NCBI GenBank assembly: GCA_965202585.1
Contig: OZ241834.1
Coordinates: forward strand, 31,000,001 to 31,064,000
Direction of reading: 5' to 3'
DNA from: Thalia democratica
Lineage: Eukaryota
Length of the DNA stretch: 64,000 nucleotides
Below the pieces are notes generated by a model. The model saw nothing but the letters and a program-made list of their open reading frames with translations. It was not told the origin of the DNA and searched no databases. The position numbers were made by a program, and so were the translations under genes. Positions 14,201-29,200 of this stretch are shown piece after piece; within the stretch, counting starts at the first letter, position 1; every line of letters starts with the position of its first letter.

Positions 14201-17200
14201 TGTTGAATATCTTCTTAATAAAGAAAAGCGCTTTCAATAAAGTTAGTTTGAGTATAAGAGACAGCTTAAACAGCATAACCACTAAATTATATCATTTATA
14301 GTTGAGGCTTTCTAATGAATTTTACTAAAAATAAATCTATCAAACGTAGTTCACGTTTTGTTTGATTAGATATTACAAAAACATATTCGTTTTAATTACA
14401 GATTATGATAATTAATACTAAAACCAATTTTACTGTGTGTACTAAATTTTGTTTTTAATTATTATAAGTTTAACGAAAAAAATAAGACTTGTGAAAATTA
14501 TAAATGTTGTCTAAAATCGAAACTTTTTTTTTAGATACTATACAAGAATTACAATATGTCTCAAACCTTTGTAATCTTTAGTGTGGATGTTTGTTACTGC
14601 AATACATGGAAGTCCTTGTCCAATTTCGTTTACAGCTTTTACACGAACATCGTACTTACAATCTTCGACTAAACTGCTGATTTCATAGAAGAATTTCTCA
14701 TCTAGTTTACAGCTTTCATCGATAGCACTTATTTCCCAGCTGACATTCCAGTCTTCTTCTTCAAACTTACTAACTTCTACAACGTATGAAGATACTCGAC
14801 TACCTCCATCGTATTCTGGTTTCTCAAATGATACTTTGATTGTTGTTTTAGTAATCTAAAAGTATAGATGGAGTTAAATATAATTTGATCAATAAACAAA
14901 GAATTAAAATTTAGTTCAACTAACTTCTTCAACAACTAAGTTCAATGGAGCCGATGGAGCATTTGTTATCTTGAGACTTTCTTCTGTTTCTCTTGATACT
15001 CCTGCCCCATATTTGTTGAAAGCTGTCACGCGGAACTTGTATGTTTTTCCTTCGACAAGCTTATCAAGCCTGTAAAATGTCCTCGTGCAATCTGAACACA
15101 CGGTAGACCAGGACATCTGCAAAAGATCGCACTTTTCGATTAGATATCCAGTAAGCTCAGTGCAACCATCGAATTCTGGTTCATTCCAGCTAAGCGTTAC
15201 TGATTCTGATTTGATGTCTTTATAGTTAATAGGACCAACAGGACCAGGTACGTCAAGAACATTAACATGTACTCTCAATTTTTTAGTACCTGCCGTATTT
15301 TCTACAGTGACCATGTATTTACCAGAGTCTTCACGCTTAACACTATCAATAACTAATGTAGAGCATTGGTTGTGCGTACTAATGACAGCAGTGCTGTTGA
15401 GTTGTTTTGATGAAGCTCTTTCCCAGCTTACTTTAGGCAATGGTCTACCATTAAAGCCAATTTTCAAGTACAATGTTTGACCTGAAAATAGAGTTAAAAG
15501 CGACTTGAAATTTTCATCAAGAACGATTTCAGGTTCTTCAGATCGGTCAACAGCTTTTATAAAATCGTTACATTCACAAGGTTGGCCTAATCCTGCTACA
15601 TTTACAGCTTTTACTTGTAGTTCGTATACTTGGTTTTCTTCTAATCCATCTACAACCATTTCACAGTCTGTTACTGGTGTTTCATTTACAATGAACCATT
15701 CAGCACTGTCTGTTGCGTCAAACTTCTTCTTTTCAACTACATAACCGGTAACTTCACTTCCATTATCGTTCAGTGGAGCTTCCCAGTCAATTGAAGCTGA
15801 GTTCTTTGATGTGTCAACCAACCTTACAAGACATGGAGGTCCTGGTGGTTTGACTTGCAGTCTGCACTCAATTGGTTTCGATACTGGACCTGGTAAACTA
15901 ATACCAGCAGCATTCTCGGCGTATACACGGAACTCATAGAAAGCTCCTTCAATCAAGTTTGTTATGCGGTACTGAGTATCTGTGATGGCTTCTTCGTTGC
16001 AACGAGCCCACCTGTGGCCCTTGTCTTTAAGTCTCTCAACATGATAACCAGTTACTTTGCTACCACCATTGTTATCCGGTTCGTTCCATTTGATAGTGAT
16101 AGAGTTAAAGTGAGTTCTTACTGGCTCTGGTCTGCTTGGAGAACTTGGTACACCGAAACTGTACTTTGGAACGAAAGGTAACGACTGTAAGAAGTGACCA
16201 ACTCCCGTAGCGTTTACTGCTTTTATTCTGAAAACGTATTCGTGACTTTCTTGTAATCTGATCACTTTGAATGACGTTGTCTCGCTTTGTGAGTTAATGA
16301 CTTCCCAGCTTAGTTTTGATGTATCACATTTTGATATGATATAATATAAAACATCAGACCCTCCATCATAAGTAGGAGGACTCCATGAAAGCATGCATCC
16401 CTTTGCTGTAACTTCTGTGAACCTTACAGGACCTTCAGGTACTCCTGGTGTGTCAACAACAACCACATTTACTGCAGCTGATGCATCTCCACTGAGATTT
16501 GAGGCTGTAAGCTCGTATTTGCCTGTATCTTCACGAGTTACTTGTTCAATGACAAGTGTAGAAGATCCACGTGTTGTTGTAATACAACTTCTTACATCTT
16601 CAGCGATATTTTCTTTACTGTTTACTTTGTTCCATGATACAACTGGTCGTGGTGTTCCAGTGACAAGCATTTTAACTTGTAGTTGTTTACCCTGTTCAAC
16701 TTTGATTTTATCTGAACCAGAAACAACCACTTTAGGTAATTCAGGTATGTCTCTGAATAGAATAGGGCCACAAACATCAGATGGTGGTCCTACAATTCCA
16801 CTCTTGTTACGTGCAGACACTCTGAATTCATATGAAGCTAATCTGATGAGATCATCAACTTCATACTCACATTTGTCTACAACATCATAGTTGCATCTGA
16901 CCCAAACTTTGTCAATGCTGCATCGTTTTTCAACAATGTACATAACAATTGGAGAGCCTCCGTCAAGTTGAGGTGGTTGCCACTGAAGAACCATAGTCAT
17001 TCTAGTTATTTCAATAACTTTGAGGTCAGTAGGTGGTGAAATTGTTTCACAGGCAACAAATGGACTGCAAATATCACTTGGCTCGCTTAAACCAACTTCA
17101 TTTTCGGCGATGACTCGTACTTGATAGCATGTACCAGTTTTTAGATCTGTTAAAATGTTTTTATTTTTTGCTTGTTCTTATTTATCCTTATTTATGTTTC

Positions 17201-20200
17201 ATTTGTTTAAATATTTTACTAAAAGAATCAAGTAAAGCCCTTAAAACTTACAATACAATAACACATGAGTATTTTAAAGTACATACTTTAAATTTTATCA
17301 TATAATTAGAGTTACAAAGTTATTTTGAGTTATTGATATAAATATATTGCTGTAACAATTTATTAAACTAATTTTAAAAGTTATTTTTAACAACTTCAAA
17401 ATTTTAAAAACCTGCAAAGCTATAACATTAACAAATTTATAGCAAATAATTAATAGCTACGTCATAATGCTTAAACTGTTCTCTTATATTAAACATTTTA
17501 GTTCAATTATTCGAAGTGTAGTTTGTTAAAGTGCTTAAAGTAACTAGTAAGTTTATCGATGTTCATTTGCAAGTTTTCCTATATTTAGTTCGTAAACCTT
17601 TTTCATTAGTTTGATTATTAACTGACTTACCAACTATGAAAACTTTCTATAAGTAGTATTTTCTAAATAGATTCAAATTTTTCATTAGATTTTAATTTGT
17701 CATAAACATAGTTGGTAAACTTAAGTTTAGCCTTGATGTCCACATTTACATTATATTTAATTTTCTGAGCTTGGTCTTAATTTAATATTGCTAATCGAGT
17801 AAAACAGTGAATGTTTAATAACGAAATTCTTTAAAATAAAATATTTTCACTTATAGTTACTACTAGTAAACTGAACCACTAGTATCCTTTTAAAAACTTA
17901 GTTGTATATACAAATACTTTCATTGTAAAAAATAAGTGTTTTGAAACGAACATAACACCTATAGTAAAATAATTTACAAGATGAAACTAAAAATTTTAAC
18001 CTTTTAAATTATAATCGCATCTATTGGTAGAAGTTTTATTTGCACGAATCCATTTCATGGTTCGTTTTTCTTTGTATTCTACAAAGTATCCATGTACTTC
18101 GGCTCCTGATTTAGGGGCTTTCCATAATACTCTTGCTGATTCTTTGGTGATTTGACTAATCTCTGGTTTTCCAGGCTTGTTAGGCACAGCTGTACAAATG
18201 TTTTGTTACATCAAATTGACAATTGTTAGTTGAATGAAAAAACTAACAAAGTTTTTACAGTTTGTTAGGGTTTATATTCTAACTGTGTTTTTAAGTTTTT
18301 TAAACCTTTGGTATAAATAATTTGATACTGTTTTTTATCAGACTTTAAGTGATCTTTTTTTATGTTTTTGTATTCAGTTTATAATTGTTTTCAGCATAAA
18401 TTTAAAATGTTCTCACAAGAGCTCTTATTAAGTTAAAAAAAAAGTTCACTTTATTTTCACTAACTGAAAGAGTAGTCCAAGGTGCATTTTCCTGAAACCA
18501 GTGGAGGACCGGATCCGATTGCGTTTTCAGCCGTCACTTTGAAGTAGTACGTCTCTTGTCTTTTCAGATTTGTTACCTGCGCACATAGATTGTAAATATT
18601 TTACTACTAATTAAATAGTATTTTAGTACATTTAACTGCCCGTTATAAAAGTAAAAGCTATTTTTTAACATTTGCTTATTAATTACAACTAAAGTCAACT
18701 TAAGATATTTTAAATTTATCGATAATAGTTCCCTGATTTTTATTTTCAGGTTTTAAAATAGTATGTAAAGCTCATAAATATTAAAAAAAAAATTTTGCAG
18801 GCTTAAACATAAAAAAGAAAACTTAAATCATTTTTGGTAATTTTAAGTAATTTAATACTAAATATTGTAATATTTTAAATCATGCGCACATAAACTCATT
18901 AAAAATATTTTAGTTCTGTTTGTACTTGTCATAAATTGAATCATACTTTATAACGACGTTTTGCAGTGCAAGCTGTCACTGGTGACCACGATTCTTGTCC
19001 TATTGGTCGATAATGAACCACGTAACCAGTTATATTCGTTCCACCATTATCAAGTGGTTCTTGCCATGCAATTGTCACATTATCAGCTTCAATTGAGTCG
19101 AAAATAATGCGACCATGAGGTTGTGCGGGTACATCTGTTTTTTTACACTGACATATTTCATGTAACAATTAAAAAAAATAAAACACATCTTATGTAAAGG
19201 TATCTTGAAAAAAATTGTACATCTTTTTTCTTTTTTTTTGGTGATATGAAAAACATACAAAACATTTTTTAAAACAATTTCCTAATAAAAAGGTTGTTCG
19301 CAAAGCTGAAAGTAATTAGTAATATGTAAAATCTTACCGAGCACAGTAACTTGAAGAGCGTATTTGTTCGAGCCGACAGAGTTGGTCAGTGAGAGATTGT
19401 AAATCGCTGAGTCGCTTCTCCTGACGTCCTTCATTGTGATTTGCAAACTCGACATTCTTGTCGACATTTTTATGCGGTTGTCGTCTGTATTGTTAAATTT
19501 TTTGTTAAACTTCATAAAGCTTTTGTGCATAAAAAAATGTATAAAGTAATATAAGTAAATTAATTTATATTAAGTAATGTGTATAAGTACTATAAAATTC
19601 ATCGTTACAATAATATAAAATTATAAATATCAAGTTTATAAGTCAGCAATTAAAATAGAAACTTTCAATTGGCTAGTATTTTCTTTATTTTTGCAAGACA
19701 GTTTTTAATAGAAAGTTTGTTCATATTTCAAATACTATAAAAAAATATACCTGAAATTTCTCTGTCTCCTTTCATTAGTGTAGCAGTTGGTGCTGGGTTG
19801 CCACTGATAGGCACTGTAGCATTCAGAGTAGACCCAGCCTTCACTGTAATCACTTTGTAGGCAGATACATTGGCAGAAGGAAGTTCTGAATAATTTAGAC
19901 AAGTATAGAAGTAAGCAAGTGGTAATTTTTCATTGTTTTACAATTCATTACTAGCTAAAGAGGAATCGTAAAAATTAGCTTTTTATTTCATAGGGTCTTG
20001 TTACTAATTGAAAGCAAAATTTTATAAAGCAAATATATAAAGTTTGCATGTGTTTGTAATTTAATTTTATTCGTTTATGTCTGAAAAGTTGTAGCCAAAC
20101 CCGTAAGTTTTATACGCATTTTTATGTTTATATGACCTATTTGCTTTACTTAAACAATCAATAAGAACCTTTGTAATTTTTCGTGTGGATGTTTGTTGCT

Positions 20201-23200
20201 GCAATACATGGAAGTCCTTGTCCAATTTCGTTTACAGCTTTTACACGAACATCGTACTTACATTCTTCAACTAAACTGCTGATTTCATAGACGAACTTCT
20301 CATCTAGTTTACAGCTTTCATCGAGAGCACTTATTTCCCCGCTGACACTCCAGTCGTCTTCTTCAAACTTACTAAATTCTACAACGTATGAAGATACTCG
20401 ACTACCTCCATCGTATTCTGGTTTCTCAAATGATACTTTGATCGTTGTTTTTGTAATCTACGAAATATAATTATTAAAAATCTTTTTATTATTTGTTTAA
20501 CAGAAAATGAAAAAAATAGCTTACTTCTTCAACAACTAAGTTCAAAGGAGCCGTTGGAGCATTTGTTATCTTGAGACTTTCTTCTGTTTCTCTTGATATT
20601 CCGGCACCATACTTATTGAAAGCTGTCACGCGGAACCTGTATGTTTTTCCTTCAACAAGCTTGTCAAGCCTGTAAAAGGTTCTCGTGCAATCTGAGCACA
20701 CAGTAGACCAGGACATCTGCAAAAGATCAAACTTCTCAATGAGATACCCAGTAAGCTCACAACAACCATCGAATTCAGGTTCATTCCAGCTGAGTGTTAC
20801 TGATTCTGACTTGATGTCTTTGTAAATAATTGGACCAACTGCACCAGGTACATCAAGTACATTGACTTGTACACTAAGCACTTTAGTTCCAACAATGTTG
20901 GACAATGTAACGAAATATTTACCAGAGTCTTCACGACTGACATTTTCTATCAGCAATGTTGAACTTGATTTTGAAACTTCTACTACAGCTTCAGAATTTA
21001 TTTCATTATTGTTTCTGTGCCATGTAATGTTAGGCTTCGGTCTTCCTTCAAAGTTAACTTTAAGGTTCAGTGTTTTACCAGAAAACAAAGTTATCAGAGA
21101 AGAAAAGTTTTTATCCAAAACGAAATGAGGTTCTTCAGAACGATTGACTGCTTTTATAAAATCGTTACATTCGCAAGGTTGTCCTAATCCTGCTACATTT
21201 ACAGCTTTTACTTGTAGTTCATATACTTGGTTTTCTTCTAGTCCATCTACAATCATTTTACAGTCTGTTACTGGTGTTTCATTAACAATGAACCATTCAG
21301 CACTGTCTGTTGCATCAAACTTCTTCTTTTCAACCACATATCCGGTAACTTCACTTCCGTTATCGTTCAGTGGAGCTTCCCAGTCAATTGTAGCTGAGTT
21401 GGTTGATGTATCAACCAACCTTACAAGACATGGAGGTCCTGGTGGTTTGACTTGTAGTCTGCACTCAATTGGTTTTGATACTGGACCTGGTAAACTAATA
21501 CCAGCAGCATTCTCAGCATATACACGGAACTCATAGAAAGCTCCTTCAATCAAGTTAGTTATGCGGTACTGAGTATCTGTGATGGCTCCTTCGTTGCAAC
21601 GAGCCCACCTTTGACCTCTGTCCTTTAGTCTTTCAACATGATAACCAGTTACTTTGCTACCACCATTGTTGTCTGGTTCGTTCCATTTGATAGTGATAGA
21701 GTTAAAGTGAGTTCTAATTGGCTCTGGTCTACCTGGCGAACTTGGTACACCGAAACTGTACTTTGGAACGAAAGGTAGCGACTGTAAGAAGTGACCAACT
21801 CCCGTAGCGTTTACTGCTTTTATTCTGAAAACGTATTCGTGACTTTCTTGTAATCTGATCACTTTGAATGACGTTGTCTCGCTTTGTGAGTTAATAACTT
21901 CCCAGCTTAGTTTTGATGTGTCGCATTTTGATATGATATAATACAAAACATCAGATCCTCCATCATAAGTAGGTGGACTCCATGAAAGCATACATCCTTT
22001 TGCTGTCACATCTGTGAACCTTACAGGACCTTCAGGTGCTCCTGGTGTGTCAACAACAACCACATTTACTGCAGCTGATGCATCTCCACTAAGATTTGAT
22101 GCTGTAAGCTCGTATTTGCCTGCATCTTCACGAGTCACTTGTTCAATGACAAGTGTAGAAGATCCACGTGATGTTGTGATGCAACTTCTTACATCTTCAG
22201 CAATATCTTCTCGACTGTTTACTTTGTTCCATGTAACAGCTGGTCGTGGTGAGCCTGTGACAAGCATTTCAATTTGTAGTTGTTTACCTTGTTCAATTTT
22301 GACTTTGTCTGAACCAGACACAACGACTTTAGGCACTTCGGGTATGTCTCTGAATAGAATAGGGCCACAAACATCAGATGGTGGTCCTACAATTCCACTC
22401 TTATTACGTGCAGACACTCTGAATTCATATGAAGCTAATCTGATGAGATCATCAACTTCATACTCACATTTGTCTACAACATCATAGTTGCATCTGACCC
22501 AAACTTTGTCAATGCTGCATCGTTTTTCAACAATGTACATGACAACTGGAGAGCCTCCGTCAAGTTGAGGTGGTTGCCACTGAAGAACCATAGTCATTCT
22601 AGTTATTTCAATAACTTTGAGGTCTGTTGGTGGTGAAACTGTTTCAGAAGCAATGAAAGGCTGGCAGATATCACTTGGCTCGCTCAAACCAACTTCATTT
22701 TCAGCAATTACTCGAACTTGATAGCAACTTCCAGTTGTTAGATCTATTAGAAGAATGAATTTTGTTAAATTAGGAAATTATTTTGTTTTTTATGTCAAAC
22801 GCTATTAATAAATTTTACTTCTCTTTTTATCAAACGCAATTTAAATGATCTGTATTTTAGTAATCTATAGTAGAAATATTATGTATCGTTATGATACTTT
22901 TTTGTTTGTTTTTCTTGTTATGAATAGTAATAGTCATACATTACTGTTAAATGCGCTAACACTAAACCTCTTAGTGTAAAATCGCATCTGTTAGTTGAAG
23001 TTTTGTTCGCACGAATCCATTTCATAGTTCGTTTTTCTTTGTATTCTACAAAATACCCGTGTACTTCAGGTCCTGATTTAGGGACTTTCCATAATACTCT
23101 TGCTGATTCTTTAGTGAATTGACTGATCTCTGGTTTTCCTGGCTTGTTAGGCACAGCTAGAACGATTATTTAATAATTAGATATTTAAATTAGTTTTAGT

Positions 23201-26200
23201 ATGTAACATTTTATTAGTTAGCACATACGTAAATTTACAAAGTTTTTGCATTGTCTGTGAAATTGTTAATCAACTTTTTTGAAACAAAAAATAAATTTAG
23301 TTTTTAAAGGAATAAGCTTTTAAAACCAGTTTGTATTAAAATTTGACTTTATTTATTTGGTCTAACTAATGTCTTAGGTATATTTTTGTATATATTTTCT
23401 TATTATGAAAATTACAAATAAGTATAGTAATACAAATAAAAATAGGTGTTTAGTTAATAAAAAATCAATAAAACAGCATATCTTCAAAACTAGTATGAAG
23501 ATAACTGTTATCTTTTTATAAATTTATTTTTTTTTATAAGAATCAAACTTGTACTTTTAAACTGTAAGTCCTAAATATTTTTAAACTATAAAACATCAAC
23601 AAAATAAAATAGTTTATTAATATCTCAAACTGTTTCGATATTTTTTTTTACTAATAAAGAAAGTTAGAAATACTTATGCAAGTTAAAATACTTTTTGTGA
23701 TTAATCAAGTTTTTCAGATAAATAATCCTTCTGTGCATGTTAATTTTACTTTACTTTATAATTATTTGAAACGTTTTTGATAGGTCAAAGATTTATCAAA
23801 AGAAATTATAAAAGAAAAAGCAATAATATAAGTTCTAAAAATATAAGAACATACTGAAACTATAGTCAACAGTGCATTTTCCTGATATCAGTGGTTTTCC
23901 ACAACCAATAACGTTCTCAGCAGCTACCTTGAAGTAGTAAGTTTCTTGTCGTTTCAGCTTAGTGATCTGAAAAATTTTAAAGTGTTAATATTAGTTTGAG
24001 TCTACTTTCAATGCAAAATTTAATTGTAAAATATTTTTTTTAGTGCAAAGTACATGTATTAACAGTGAAGAGTTTATATTCTAAAGCTAAGACAGTGTGT
24101 TCAAGTTCAATATGGTTATAAAGCAGCAAAAAAAAATTATAAGACATTAAAAGCTACTTGCCAAATTATGATTTTATTCTGCAAGTGTTTTTTTATTTTA
24201 CTACACATTAAATATATACTTTTTATATTGAAAGTTAAATATTAATTAATCTAATTAAATAAATCAATATTTAATAAGTTTACACGAATCTAAAAACACA
24301 TAAAAATGTAGAAACATTATCTAATTTTATAAAAGCTTTACTAACTCGATAGCGACGTTTTGCAGTGCAAGCCGTTACTGGTGACCACGATTCCTGTCCT
24401 ATTGGTCGATAATGAACCACGTAACCAGTTATATTTGTTCCACCATTATCAAGTGGTTCTTGCCATGCAATTGTCACATTATCAGCTTCAATTGAATCGA
24501 AAATAATGCGGCCGTGAGGTTGTGCGGGTACATCTGATGCAAATTTTCAAAATAAGTTGACAAGTTTTAAGCTTAACTTTTTTTAAAGAAACAGAATCTT
24601 TAAAAACTCAGTTAAGAATTTTGTTTTACCCACCCAGCACTATGACTTGAATCTGATAGGTGTTGGTGCCTTGGGAGTTCGTTACAGTCAGACTGTAGTT
24701 TCCACTGTCGCGTCTTTGCATGTCTTTCACGCTCAGCGTTGTGTAAACTCCACTCGATGAGGTGTTTGCACGAGAGTCGTCTGTACAATTAAAATACAAA
24801 ATAGTTAGTATAACAAAAAGTAATTTAGTTGTTATTCTTTTAGGTATAAAATTATGAAGTCCTCTTCACTTCACCCTGTATAGTAGTAACAGCTGTTATT
24901 ATTTAAACTTTTATTTATACAACATAGCTACAACGTTATTTTTCTATTAACAATAATATTAAAGTAAATAAACACTTGTAGGGTATACAAAATACATTTT
25001 ATGTATTAAAAAACAGCAATAAAAAAAATATTTTCGAGATATGTTTATGTTATTTACGTGTTTCTTTCTTACTTACTTTTTTTTGTGAAAAATGTTTTAT
25101 AAACTTTCTTTCTTTTTTTAAAGTATATGTCCAACCAATATAAATATTTGAAAATAAATTTAATTCTAAAAGTATATTTATTGCACAAATATTGTAAAGC
25201 GTAAGAGGCTACTTGATACAAATATTGTGATTAATAGAACTAATTATACTAGTTTAAGATACCTAATACGTCTTTATCGTTCAGTTTCCATGCAACAGTC
25301 GGTGTTGGATTTCCGTATACTGGCACGGACAGAACTAGTTCAGCTCCAGCTTTCAAGTTCACAGACTTATATGCTGTCACATCAGCGGTTGGAGCGACTA
25401 AAACAAAAATTAGATAGATTAAATTAGTAATTATAAAAAAGTATGGGTATAGCTATTTTCTGTATAGCATTGATACTAAAGTTTACACTTACTTAATAAA
25501 ATAATTTAAAAAAAGCTTACATTTATAATCTTTAGTATGAATGTTTGTTACTGCAATACATGGAAGTCCTTGTCCAATTTCGTTTACAGCTTTTACACGA
25601 ACATCGTACTTACAATCTTCGACTAAACTGCTGATTTCATAGAAGAATTTCTCATCTAATTTACAGCTTTCCTCGAAAGCACTTAACTCTCCGCTGATAC
25701 TCCAGTCTTCTTCTTCAAACTTACTTACTTCTACAACAAATGAAGATACTCGACTACCTCCATCGTATTCTGGTTTCTCAAATGATACTTTGATCGTTGT
25801 TTTTGTAACCTATGAAAATTAAATGTATTTAATAGATGTCAAAAAAAAAAGAAATCTAAATAAACTTACTTCTTCTACAACAAAGTTCAATGGAGCTGAC
25901 GGAGCATTTGTTATCTTGAGACTTTCTTCTGTCTCTCGTGAGACTCCAGCACCATACTTGTTGAAAGCAGTCACACGGAAATTGTATGTTTTTCCTTCGA
26001 CAAGCTTATCGAGCCTGTAAAAGGTTCTGGTGCAATCTGAGCAAACAGTAGACCAGGACATCTGCAAAAGATCGCACTTTTCAATCAGATATCCAGTTAG
26101 CTCCGTGCAACCATCGAATTCTGGTTCATTCCAGCTAAGCGTTACTGATTCTGACTTAATGTCTTTGTACTTAATGGGACCAACTGGACCAGGTACATCA

Positions 26201-29200
26201 AGAACATTGACTTGTACTCTTAACTTTTTGGCACCTGCTGCATTTTTAATTGTAATTATGTACTTTCCGGCGTCTTCACGTTGAATATTTTCAATTGTCA
26301 GTACAGAAGAAGATTTTGTTCCAGATATAAGTGTAGCTGGGTTTAACTTATTATCATTATCTCTTGACCATGTCGCTTCAACTGAAGGTCGACCAGAAAA
26401 TCCTGCAGAAAGACACAAAGTCTGACCAGAGAAAACAGTTAAGAGAGACTTAAAGTCATCATCAAGAATAAACTCTGGTTCCTCAGATCGGTCAACAGCT
26501 TTTATGAAGTCGTTACATTCACAAGGTTGGCCTAAACCTGCCCTGTTGATTGCTTTTACTTGTAGCTCATAGACTTGGTTTTCTTCGAGACCTTCTACAA
26601 CCATTTTACAGTCTGTTACTGGTGTCTCATTGACAATGAACCATTCAGCACTGTCTGTTGCATCAAACTTCTTCTTTTCAACTACATATCCGGTAACTTC
26701 ACTTCCGTTATCGTTCAGTGGAGCTTCCCAGTCAATTGTAGCTGAGTTGGTTGATGTATCAACCAACCTTACAAGACATGGAGGTCCTGGTGGTTTGACC
26801 TGCAGTCTGCACTCAATTGGTTTTGACACTCGGCCTGGTGGACTGATACCAGCAGCATTCTCAGCATATACACGGAACTCATAGAAAGCTCCTTCAATAA
26901 GGCTAGTAATGCGATACTGAGTATCTGTGATGGCTTCTTCATTGCAACGAGCCCATCTCTGGCCCTTGTCTTTAAGTCTCTCAACGTGATAGCCAGTAAC
27001 CTTACAGTTTTCTGGTTCGTTCCATTTGATGGTGATTGAGTTGAAGTGAGTTCGAACAACTTCTGGTGCTCCGGGACAATTTGGGACATTAACACTATGT
27101 TCGGGAACAAAAGGTTGAGACTGCAAACAGGGTCCTATTCCGTTTACATTTACAGCATTTATTCTAAAGATGTATTCTTTGCTTGCACTCAGTTTACCTA
27201 CTCTAAATGCTGTTGTCTCACTTTGGGAATTTATAACTTCCCAGCTTAGTTTAGAGGTGTCACATTTTGAGATGACGTAGTATAGTATGTCAGATCCTCC
27301 ATTATAAACAGGAGGACTCCATGACAGCATACATCCCTTTGCTGTCACTTCTGTGAACCTTACGGGACCTTCAGGTGCTCCTGGTGTGTCAACAACAACC
27401 ACATTTACTGCAGCTGATGCATCTCCACTGAGATTTGAGGCTGTAAGCTCGTATTTGCCTGCATCTTCACGAGTAACTTGTTCAATAACGAGTGTAGAAG
27501 ATCCACGTGTTGTTGTGATGCAACTTCTTACGTCTTCAGTGATATCTTCTTTACTGTTTACTTTGTTCCATGATACAACTGGTCTTGGTGTTCCTGTGAC
27601 AAGCATTTCAACTTGTAGTTGTTTACCTTGTTCAATTTCAATCTTGTCTGAACCAGACACAACAACTTTAGGTACTTCAGGTATGTCTCTGAACAGAACT
27701 GGACCACATACATCAGAAGCTGGTCCTATAATTCCACTCTTATTACGTGCTGAAACTCTGAATTCATACGAAGCTAATCTAATGAGATCATCAACTTCAT
27801 ACTCACATTTGTCTACAACATCATAGTTGCATCTGACCCAAACTTTGTCAATGCTGCATCGTTTTTCAACAATGTACATAACAATCGGAGAGCCTCCGTC
27901 AAGTTGAGGTGGTTGCCACTGAAGAACCATAGTCATTCTAGTTATTTCAATAACTTTGAGGTCAGTTGGTGGTGAAATTGTTTCAGAAGCAGTGAAAGGC
28001 TGGCAGATATCACTTGGCTCGCTCAAACCAACTTCATTTTCAGCAATGACTCGAACTTGGTAGCATGTTCCATTTATCAAGTCTGCAACAATAAAGTGTT
28101 TGTCAAATAGGTATGTCAAATATATTTTATTTTATTTATTTTGAAATAGAATTTAGCAATACAAAGCTACTTTCTAAGAGATTGTTTTATTTACATAAAT
28201 CAGACTTTTTAAGAATTTGTTGTTAAATATGGTTATCTATTTATTTATTCGTGGAACTACTTATACCTTTTGTTAAAAAAATATTTACAAGATAGTAATA
28301 TTTTCGTTTCTGCAACTTTAAATCTATATTTTTAAATACAGTTATACCGAAGAACCTTGTTTTTACAGACAGTTTTGATATAATAATAGTTTTGATACAG
28401 ACACTTTGAATATTTTAACTTTTCAATGCAATATGTTGACTTTTATTTTTTAACCTAACATAACTTTTGAACATTATTTATATACTTTTTCTACGTCATA
28501 TGTGATTGTCAGAAACATTCATTACTAAATTGAAGGAAAACTTTTTTTATAACTAAAACATCATTTACCTTTTAGAGTGATTTCATTTCTACTGTATGGT
28601 TGCAAGTTGTACCTCGCCCATGTCAATGTGGATTTTTCTTTGAACTCGATATAATATCCGGTCACGTGAGCTCCCGACTTGACCTTGTCCCAAACAACAG
28701 TGGCTTGAGTCTTGCTGATGCTTTTGACCACCGGTTTGCTCGGTTGGTCAGGAACAGCTATAAAATTTTAGTACAAAATTAAGTAACTAATGAACATATA
28801 TTAATCTTTTATTACTAATATGTTAGGTAAACTAACTGAATGAATACTCTGCAGTGCATTTTCCTGAAACTAGCGGTTTGCCACAGCCTATGATGTTTTC
28901 AGCTGATACTTTGAAGTAGTACGTTTGCTTCAGTGTTAAGTTTGTTATCTGAAATGAGGTATTAGTTTATTACCAACTCTTTTTACTTGATTTTTAAGCT
29001 TTTTACACAGCTATGTACCTTGTAGCGACGTTTTGCAGTGCAAGCCGTTACTGGTGACCACGATTCTTGTCCTATTGGTCGATAATGAACCACGTAACCA
29101 GTTATATTTGTTCCACCATTATCAAGTGGTTCTTGCCATGCAATTGTCACATTATCAGCTTCAATTGAGTCGAAAATAATGCGACCATGAGGTTGTGCGG

